A stretch of 12,392 nt of DNA from Candidatus Hydrogenedentota bacterium (GCA_963668025.2 CAXXTH010000002.1:1-12392); one strand, 5' to 3'; positions 1-10,003 are shown, counted from the stretch's first letter. Translations and numbers: made by a program. Notes: generated by a model from the letters alone, not told the origin.

Positions 1-887
1 GCCGCCATGGCGATCACCGTCAGGTAGCGGCTCACCTCGCGGAGTGGGTCCGCGACCAGCGCAGGGATGAGCCCCACCGAACGCGCGACAGCCAATAGCA
101 CAAACCCAATGATGAACCAGGGGATGAAACGATTTAAGGAGAACTTGGTCTGGCGTGTGACGTGCTCTGCGTTGCGGTAGCGCAAGGCGAAGAACAGGAC
201 CACCGGCCCAAGTAATAGCACGCGCACCAGCTTGACCAGTGTGCCGATATCGCCGCTGATGGTGCTGACGGAGTAGGTGGCCGCGATGACCTGTGGCACG
301 GCGTATACCGTCATCCCGGCGAGTACACCGTATTGATAGAGTGAGAGCCCGACAACAGAAATGAGCAGGGGCAGTGTGAGCACCACCACCACGCCCAGCA
401 CCGCCGTGAGCGCGATGGACGAGGCGACGTCTTTCTGATCCGCGCCGATCACCGGCGCCACAGCGGCGATGGCCGAATTGCCGCAGACGGAATTGCCGCA
501 GGCCACCAGGATCGCCAGCTTGGGGTTCAGGCCAAGCAACCTGCCGATTTGTGTGCTGGCGAAGATGCCGATGAGCACTACCATGACGATGGAAATCAGC
601 ATGGTGGGACCGGCTTTCAATAGCGAGGGCAGGTCGATGGAGACGCCCAGCAGGACGATGGCAAATTCCAGGACCTGTTTGGCCGAGAATCCAATGCCCG
701 GCTGCAAACGTTCATCCACCTGCCAGAACGTGCGCACGAGCATGCCCAGCAGGATGGCGATAACCAACCCTTCGATGATGGGCTGACCCAGCACCTGCAC
801 TTCCAGCCACTGCAACAGCACAGCCAGAGCAGCAATTACGACAGACAGCAAAACACCCGGCGCGTATCGAACGACTCGCTCTTTCAA
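1..887 (-). CDS. YeiH/UPF0324 family (putative sulfate exporter) integral membrane protein, 3' end outside window
   Basis: Not in the ORF track because it has no stop inside the window. Manual translation from TTG at 887 (GGGGTG SD-like motif just upstream) is open to position 1: MKERVVRYAPGVLLSVVIAALAVLLQWLEVQVLGQPIIEGLVIAILLGMLVR...LAILVACGNSVCGNSAIAAVAPVIGA...YGVLAGMTVYAVPQVIAA...GTLVKLVRVLLLGPVV...FIPWFIIGF...YLTVIAMA. The G-x-S-x-CG-x-SA-I-x-A, VKL-x-RV and PWF motifs plus many hydrophobic segments are typical of YeiH. Confidence 0.9.
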   Translation of the reverse strand, partial: MKERVVRYAPGVLLSVVIAALAVLLQWLEVQVLGQPIIEGLVIAILLGMLVRTFWQVDERLQPGIGFSAKQVLEFAIVLLGVSIDLPSLLKAGPTMLISIVMVVLIGIFASTQIGRLLGLNPKLAILVACGNSVCGNSAIAAVAPVIGADQKDVASSIALTAVLGVVVVLTLPLLISVVGLSLYQYGVLAGMTVYAVPQVIAATYSVSTISGDIGTLVKLVRVLLLGPVVLFFALRYRNAEHVTRQTKFSLNRFIPWFIIGFVLLAVARSVGLIPALVADPLREVSRYLTVIAMA

Positions 888-900
888 TGAATCACCCCGC

Positions 901-965
901 GAGAAAAAAGGATATGGCCGTTCCAAAGAGCACGATTTACACCATTGCTCCTGGAACGGCCATAT
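901..965 (-). terminator. Intrinsic terminator-like hairpin between the rhodanese gene and the YeiH-family gene
   Basis: Perfect 14-bp inverted repeat ATATGGCCGTTCCA (912-925) / TGGAACGGCCATAT (952-965), extended inward by GAGCA/TGCTC. On the minus strand it is followed by CCTTTTTTCTC (911-901). Confidence 0.7.
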
Positions 966-992
966 TGATGCAACGATGATCGATGAACAGAT

Positions 993-1383
993 TTAGCGAT
1001 TTGTGCCGCGTTGTATTGGCAGCCCGGCGTGCGTCCAGCTATACATGCCGCCGCTCAAGTTCAGCACATTGTAACCTGCGCCAAGCAGGTAACGTGTGGC
1101 GGAACTGCTGCGCCCGCCGGAATGGCACACGCAAACGATTTCCCGTTCGCGCGGCAACTCGCTCACGCGGTCCCATCAATTCGCCCAGCGGGATCAACGT
1201 CGCGCCGGTGATGTGCGCATCCATGTATTCGTACGGCTCGCGCACGTCGAGCAGGTACGGCGGTTGAGCCTGCTCCAGCTTCCCCACCAGTTCGTTTGCG
1301 CTAATCTCGCGCCGGACGGTCTCCGGCTTTGCAGGCGCTGCGCTCGTTTCTTTGTCACCCAATATGCGTTTTAAAAAACTCAT
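993..1383 (-). CDS. Single-domain rhodanese-like sulfurtransferase (one apparent +1 frameshift at 1172-1174)
   Basis: The N-terminal half has LLDVREPYEY..AHITGATLIPLGEL. Removing one G from ATGGGAC continues the frame as MDRVSELPREREIVCVCHSGGRSSSATRYLLGAGYNVLNLSGGMYSWTHAGLPIQRGTNR* (stop 993-995), 129 aa in total. This includes the active-site loop CHSGGRS and the C-terminal L-x-GG-xx-x-W motif. SD-like GGGAGCAGGA lies upstream. Confidence 0.9.
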
Positions 1384-1430
1384 CCAATCCTGCTCCCTTT
1401 TCTGTTTTTACACGTCACATACATGCTCGA

Positions 1431-1826
1431 TCAGTGTTCTTCCTCTTTGAGGAATTGCTCGTAGGCAGTCGCATCCAGTAGCGCATCGAACTCCGCGATA
1501 TTATCAGGCTTCACTTTGATCAGCCAGCCGGCCTCGTAGGGGGCCTTGTTGATGACTTCCGGCGTCGTCTCCAACCCGCTATTCGTGGCCGTGATGACGC
1601 CTGCGACGGGCATATAGACGTCTGAGGCGGCTTTGACCGATTCGATGGTGCCGAAGCGCTCGCCTTTGGCGAGTTTGGTCCCCACGCGAGGGAGTTCGAG
1701 GAAGACGATATCGCTGAGGGCGTCCTGGGCGTGGTCGCTGATGCCGATGACCAGCTCACCATTGTCCTGGCGGACCCATTCGTGTGTCTTCTGATAGCGT
1801 ACCGACGGATCAATTTGTAAGCTCAT
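1431..1826 (-). CDS. gcvH: Glycine cleavage system H protein (lipoyl carrier)
   Basis: 131 aa with Y-x-K-T-HEWV, GISDHAQDALSDIVFLELP, the lipoyl-lysine motif IESVKAASD, and PEVINKAPYEAGWL. Confidence 0.96.
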   Translation of the reverse strand: MSLQIDPSVRYQKTHEWVRQDNGELVIGISDHAQDALSDIVFLELPRVGTKLAKGERFGTIESVKAASDVYMPVAGVITATNSGLETTPEVINKAPYEAGWLIKVKPDNIAEFDALLDATAYEQFLKEEEH

Positions 1827-1879
1827 TGCAGATCAATATCCTTGTACGTAATATCTGGTTTGAAATGACTGCCTCTTTA

Positions 1880-1912
1880 GATGCAATCGAGGGTGAGAAG
1901 TTACATGGAAAC
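1880..1912 (-). repeat. Highly eroded terminal CRISPR repeat relic (trailer end)
   Basis: + strand GATGCAATCGAG...CATGGAAAC matches the repeat's two ends (9/12 and 9/9). It lies one 36-bp spacer (1913-1948) from the first full repeat, and the hairpin is lost. Confidence 0.7.
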
Positions 1913-1948
1913 ATGCCGCGCGGCTAGGCTGGCACGTGGGTACAGCCC

Positions 1949-4900
1949 GCTTCAATGGAGCCACGCTTAAACAAGCATGGAAACTTGCCCTGACGCTTGC
2001 AAACGGGATAGCAGGCATCGATGCTTCAATGGAGGCATGCTTAATCAAGCATGGAAACGAGCACCGAGCGAAGTGGATTCGGGAGTTGGTGTATGGGCTT
2101 CAATGGAGCCATGCTTGAACAAGTATGGAAACATGGTACGTGCGCGATGACCGGCGACCTGACGACACGGCTTCAATAGAGCCATGCTTAAGCAAGCATG
2201 GAAATGTGCGGTGGTGATGGCGGATGAGGGTGGCCTAGAGTTGCTTCAATGGAGCCATACTAAATCAGGCATGGAAACTCTCTCGGGGTGGGGGATGTAG
2301 ACGAAGGGCACGAAGCCGTTTCAATAGAGCCATGCTTTATCAAGCATGGAAACGCAGTATGTGAAGTCTTTGGCATAGTTGCACCACGAATGGCTTCAAT
2401 GGAGCCATGATTGAACAAGCATGGAAACACGTGCCCGGGCGCTATTGGCTTCAATAGAGCCATGCTCGTTTAAGCATGGAAACGCCTGGTCACCCAGCGT
2501 GGCGGGCGCTACACGTGTCGGCTTCGGTGGAGCCATGCTTCATCAAGCATAGAAACCATCAGGTTGCTTTGGTAAACAGTGGGTGCGACGTTGCTTCAAT
2601 GGAGCCACGCTTAAACAAGCATGGGAACCGCACTGATGTCTCGCAGCGCGGACAAATCTCAGCCCTGCTTCAATGGAGCCATGCTTGATTAAGCATGGAA
2701 ACACCTATTTGCTGAATTACAACAAGTACCTGTATGCGCTGCTTCAATGGAGCCATGCTTAAGCGAACATGGAAACCGCCTTCGAACGTTGAAGACTGCG
2801 CATCCATTATGCCGCCCCTTCAATGGAGCCATGCTTAAACAAGCATGGAAACAAATCATGATGCGGGGGAGGGGGGTCGCCAGACTCAGCTTCAATGGAG
2901 CCATGCTAAATCAGGCATGGAAATCTCGTTGAGCGTGTGCGACGAACCTCTCACGGGCATCAGCTTCAATAGAACCATGCCTGTCTAAGCATGGAAACGT
3001 GAGTCGATTTTAGCGTGGGGCGCACGTGTCGAAGGCCACTTCAATGGAGCCATGCTTCGTCATGCATGGAAACGTCCCGCGCGCACTTTGGTTTCGAGCT
3101 GCTCCAAGTCGCTTCAATGGAGCCATGCTTTATCAAGCATGGAAACTTGCCCGCGCCCGGTCACTTCAATACGCCACGCCGCGAGCTTCAATGGAGCCAT
3201 GCTTTATCAAGCATGGAAACTTAAAGTGGAATGAGTTAACGCAGACGCAGCAGGTGCTTCAATGGAGCCATGCTTTATCAAGCATGGAAACCACGCGACC
3301 AAAGGCGCACTGCTGCCCAACTCGGAGGCTTCAATGGAGCCATGCTTTATCAAGCATGGAAACACCCTTTGTGCCGGGTTGCAAGAGCGGCGTGCGTGTG
3401 CCGCTTCAATGGAGCCATGCTTTATCAAGCATGGAAACCCGGCATCAAGGAATCCACGGCCGTCGGCGCACGGGTCTAGCTTCAATGGAGCCATGCTTTA
3501 TCAAGCATGGAAACCTTCAGGTGGGGGTCAAATGGTTCTTGCCAGGCTAGTCGCTTCAATGGAGCCATGCTTTATCAAGCATGGAAACGCCGCCGGCCTT
3601 CGGGCGGATGGCTTCGTCGTTCCGGCTTCAATGGAGCCATGCTTTATCAAGCATGGAAACGAAGCCGCACAGGCGAAGGCCGATGCCGAGATGCGCGTGC
3701 TTCAATGGAGCCATGCTTTATCAAGCATGGAAACAATGGGTGGATCACACCCAATCGGGCATATAAAACAGCTTCAATGGAGCCATGCTTTATCAAGCAT
3801 GGAAACAACCCCACTATCCTATTTTCTCTTTGGTATCCCTAACGCTTCAATGGAGCCATGCTTTATCAAGCATGGAAACCTGGCGTTCCATACGTGGCGG
3901 AGGATGGCAAATTCTGCTTCAATGGAGCCATGCTTTATCAAGCATGGAAACTCTTTCATGATTTGCGCAATTTCGTCCTCGCTGTAGCCGCTTCAATGGA
4001 GCCATGCTTTATCAAGCATGGAAACCGGGAAGAATTCGATGCCATGTTAGTGCCCGAACCGACGCTTCAATGGAGCCATGCTTTATCAAGCATGGAAACC
4101 TGCTGGAAACCGCTCGCTTCTGACCCGTCCACTTCCGCTTCAATGGAGCCATGCTTTATCAAGCATGGAAACCTCAACGAAATCGGGGTCGATGAAGGTA
4201 AGATCGCATGCTTCAATGGAGCCATGCTTTATCAAGCATGGAAACTCGTCATCGATATCGAGGAAACCCGGGATGTGCCAGCTTCAATGGAGCCATGCTT
4301 TATCAAGCATGGAAACAAGTTGAGGCGGGCTGTGTTCGGGGGAATGAAGGTGGCTTCAATGGAGCCATGCTTTATCAAGCATGGAAACGTCCACTATGCC
4401 ATGATTTCGGGTTCCATCCGAGATGGCTTCAATGGAGCCATGCTTTATCAAGCATGGAAACCCCCTTTCGCTCGCTCAGCATCCACCATCCCGCGCACGC
4501 TTCAATGGAGCCATGCTTTATCAAGCATGGAAACGTGCGCGAAAGTGTCGGCAGCTCCTTCGCCGGGGCGCTACGCTTCAATGGAGCCATGCTTTATCAA
4601 GCATGGAAACTGCAGTCGCAATTCGGAGGCGAGCACGGCGGGGAACGCTTCAATGGAGCCATGCTTTATCAAGCATGGAAACGCCGTTCTCGCGCAATTC
4701 CACTCCAGGCTTACGCGCGCTTCAATGGAGCCATGCTTTATCAAGCATGGAAACATACTGTGTCTGCGCGTAGGCTTGATACTCAGTCACGCTTCAATGG
4801 AGCCATGCTTTATCAAGCATGGAAACGCGAACGCAGGCAGCGCATATAAATCCCCCGTATCAGGGCTTCAATGGAGCCATGCTTTATCAAGCATGGAAAC

Positions 4901-7672
4901 ACGCCTGATCGATGAAGACGGCGGGATATCGAAGACGCTTCAATGGAGCCATGCTTTATCAAGCATGGAAACGGAGTGAGGCGTCAGGCAGTACGTCGGC
5001 ACTTCTGAGCTTCAATGGAGCCATGCTTTATCAAGCATGGAAACTTCACCTGTATCCGCACAGATGGCTCGCCGATCTTCTTGCTTCAATGGAGCCATGC
5101 TTTATCAAGCATGGAAACTCGCTATCCAGCTCAGCATGTTCGACCTGGAGGCGCTCGCTTCAATGGAGCCATGCTTTATCAAGCATGGAAACTTGGCCAC
5201 TTGTGGACCATGAACACGACGGCGATGACGCTTCAATGGAGCCATGCTTTATCAAGCATGGAAACGGTGCAGGCGTTGAAATTGTGCTTCCCGGCACGAT
5301 ATGCTTCAATGGAGCCATGCTTTATCAAGCATGGAAACGTGGCGCTGTATGACGCTGCTCAGGCTAATCCATGGATGCTTCAATGGAGCCATGCTTTATC
5401 AAGCATGGAAACACAACTTCCCCTCCCAAACCTTAAAAATTCAAGGACGCTTCAATGGAGCCATGCTTTATCAAGCATGGAAACCATTGACCATTCTAAG
5501 GTGGGGCGGGTTAGTCGTTTTGCTTCAATGGAGCCATGCTTTATCAAGCATGGAAACGCAGATCCTCAATCGACATCCGTCGTGTTTCAATCCGCTTCAA
5601 TGGAGCCATGCTTTATCAAGCATGGAAACGTCCTTGAGTGATTTGGTCAGGTCAGGCATGCTAATGCTTCAATGGAGCCATGCTTTATCAAGCATGGAAA
5701 CTTTATTCGTCCACGATGATCCGCCGGTCATCAGATAGCTTCAATGGAGCCATGCTTTATCAAGCATGGAAACACACCGGTTGCATCGCGGCTTACGACG
5801 TCTATTTGTCGAGCTTCAATGGAGCCATGCTTTATCAAGCATGGAAACCGCTTGGCTATTGCACGCTGCCCTACTCTGCGAATGCGCTTCAATGGAGCCA
5901 TGCTTTATCAAGCATGGAAACGATGCTAGAGTTTTCACTTTCATTTCCTCCGGCTCACACGCTTCAATGGAGCCATGCTTTATCAAGCATGGAAACTGTT
6001 ACCGCATCTACATTCCACGGCGACGTGTAATAGCTTCAATGGAGCCATGCTTTATCAAGCATGGAAACCATCACGCGGTAGGGATTTATCAGTCGGCCAT
6101 AGCTTGCTTCAATGGAGCCATGCTTTATCAAGCATGGAAACTGGACGCCGACGACATGATCGAACCGGCCTACATAGGCTTCAATGGAGCCATGCTTTAT
6201 CAAGCATGGAAACTTCTGCGTTCGATTGCCCGCCGCCACTACCTTCCCCGCTTCAATGGAGCCATGCTTTATCAAGCATGGAAACAATTCCAAGACGATG
6301 AAATGGACGACGTTCCCTAGGCGCTTCAATGGAGCCATGCTTTATCAAGCATGGAAACGTGGGACGAATCGAAGCACCCGCGCGGTGAGGCCGGGCTTCA
6401 ATGGAGCCATGCTTTATCAAGCATGGAAACTAACCGACCTACTAAGCGATGTTGCTGACGCGGTGGCGCTTCAATGGAGCCATGCTTTATCAAGCATGGA
6501 AACTTAATGGACCGCATGGATGCTGCGGGCGTACAATATCGCTTCAATGGAGCCATGCTTTATCAAGCATGGAAACGTTAGGCGTGTACGGTTGCACGGA
6601 AACGGCCCTGGCGCGCTTCAATGGAGCCATGCTTTATCAAGCATGGAAACGCGGCGGTGGGTTGGGGGCAACGGCGCGGGTGGTGCGTGCTTCAATGGAG
6701 CCATGCTTTATCAAGCATGGAAACCAACCCTTAGGCACTGAAAAGAAGCCATGCTGAGGGGCTTCAATGGAGCCATGCTTTATCAAGCATGGAAACAAGG
6801 GCAAGGGCGCGGATTACGGCGTTAGTTCAGATGCTTCAATGGAGCCATGCTTTATCAAGCATGGAAACTAAAGAGAAGCCATCACCGCCACCTGCCGTGG
6901 CGCGGCTTCAATGGAGCCATGCTTTATCAAGCATGGAAACTTGTCCCAGGTCGGCTGCGTGGTACCCGGGTGGCGTATCGGCTTCAATGGAGCCATGCTT
7001 TATCAAGCATGGAAACATCCTGATATGAGTTTGCCTGATGCGGAGGATGTGTCGCTTCAATGGAGCCATGCTTTATCAAGCATGGAAACACTATCATCGG
7101 TTGCCGATTTATCCCGGCGTGAATCTGCTTCAATGGAGCCATGCTTTATCAAGCATGGAAACCACTACGACGACCGCACTCGCGCTTAATAACACTACGC
7201 TTCAATGGAGCCATGCTTTATCAAGCATGGAAACTTCTCACATATGGCCCGAGCACGGGCACTGACCTGTTCGCTTCAATGGAGCCATGCTTTATCAAGC
7301 ATGGAAACGATCAAACTGTGAACCTTGCTGGCCAGGACCACCGCGCTTCAATGGAGCCATGCTTTATCAAGCATGGAAACTTGTGATACCGGCAGGCACG
7401 TCCACGGACACGCTGAAGCTTCAATGGAGCCATGCTTTATCAAGCATGGAAACAAACTCCTGTGTCATCGCGCCAACAAGCCTGCCCGAGCTTCAATGGA
7501 GCCATGCTTTATCAAGCATGGAAACTTACGCGGCATGATGCTTAACCCCCTTTAGCGTAACTTGCTTCAATGGAGCCATGCTTTATCAAGCATGGAAACT
7601 CTACTCGCTCGGTTGCGTTGACCTGAGCGGCGCCTGGCTTCAATGGAGCCATGCTTTATCAAGCATGGAAAC
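1949..7672 (-). CRISPR. Type I-G (I-U) CRISPR array: 79 repeats of 36 bp and 78 spacers (mostly 35-40 bp)
   Basis: The + strand repeat is GCTTCAATGGAGCCATGCTTTATCAAGCATGGAAAC. Its reverse complement ends in ATTGAAGC (I-G-type 3' end) and has an 8-bp stem CCATGCTT/AAGCATGG with a 4-nt loop. There are 63 identical copies at 3111-7672 (mean period 73 bp) and 16 variant copies at 1949-3073. Minus orientation is inferred from the ATTGAAGC end, the leader next to cas2, and degeneracy at the opposite end. Confidence 0.99.
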
Positions 7673-7985
7673 GTTTCCTCTGACAGTGGCGCGTAGTATA
7701 ACCTTTTTGGGCTTATTGGTTGGTGAAGTGGGACAATCCTTGATGGTTTGGCAGGCCTTCTATGCAACATTCAGGGCGTTGTCCCTGTGTCTCTAGCGCC
7801 ATCATTCGGCCCTAACGCGGCGGTTAATCGAACTTGCTGATTAACCGTCGCATAACAAGGCTTCTATGGGTTAAGCGTCGCGAGAGGGTCCCCTACTGGC
7901 ACATGCCACCTCACCTCTCGCGACTCATCCGCGGGAAAAAGAAGGTGATATTCAACTGGTAAGGTGCTTGTCTTGTGGAAGGCCG
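7673..7985 (-). promoter_or_regulatory. CRISPR leader
   Basis: A 313-bp region with no credible gene, between the cas2 stop and the first perfect repeat. It contains inverted repeats at 7730-7785, 7817-7851 and 7877-7924. Confidence 0.85.
7695..7700 (-). promoter_or_regulatory. Candidate -10 element (TATACT) for pre-crRNA transcription
   Basis: TATACT on the minus strand, 22 bp upstream of the first repeat. There is no convincing -35 at canonical spacing, so support is weak. Confidence 0.3.
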
Positions 7986-8277
7986 TCAGATGATGACGGC
8001 GCAGTGTTCGCTGGGACTATAGGATAAGCCGACGGCGTAAACATGTTGCTCGTTTGTTCCGCCGGCGGGTCCTAATGGGAAGAACAATACCTGATCTGCA
8101 TCATGCTTGATGACACGCTTCAGTTTGTCGGTCAGTTCCACGCGCTCGCGGTCTGTCAGCTCACAACGAAAAACGGAGTATTGCAGATGATCGCCATAAC
8201 CCGCGCATGAGCCTGAACACACTGCGCCAGCGGCGGTCATCGCACACGTCGTACACCACGATATACAGTAAACGCAT
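7986..8277 (-). CDS. cas2: CRISPR-associated endoribonuclease Cas2 (one apparent +1 frameshift at 8200-8202)
   Basis: ATG at 8277 with a GAGGA SD gives MRLLYIVVYDVCDDRRWRSVFRLMRG. Removing one G joins this to YGDHLQYSVFRCELTDRERVELTDKLKRVIKHDADQVLFFPLGP...AVII*, 96 aa in total. The Y-x-V-x-YD and QYSVF motifs are Cas2 hallmarks. Confidence 0.95.
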
Positions 8278-8283
8278 GATTCC

Positions 8284-10003
<1,720 letters not shown>

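Noticed and set aside
901-992. Riboswitch upstream of the YeiH-family gene
   Set aside because: Only about 27 nt lie between the rhodanese stop and the hairpin, too short for a known aptamer, and I recognise no SAM or other riboswitch consensus.
469-1374. Plus-strand ORFs and 617..835(-) over the YeiH-family and rhodanese genes
   Set aside because: Shadow or alternative-frame ORFs of well-supported minus-strand genes, with no recognisable motifs.
2925-2962. Possible self-targeting of the leader (ACCTCTC.CG...CATC near 7913-7929) or cas2 (TCGCACACG at 8240-8248) by this spacer
   Set aside because: The matches are short, gapped and expected by chance. I saw no convincing spacer match to any non-array sequence in the window, though by-eye searching is not exhaustive.
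6725-6904. AGCCATGCT repeat fragment in spacer 6725-6760 and AGAAGCCAT shared with spacer 6869-6904
   Set aside because: Isolated 9-mers without flanking similarity, compatible with chance among 78 spacers.
1833-7796. Dozens of ORFs (up to 373 aa) with recurring MEPCFIKHGN / LQWSHALSSMET / FNGAMLYQAWK peptides
   Set aside because: These are translations of the CRISPR repeat, which has no stop codon in any + strand frame and contains ATGs. They are not a repeat protein.
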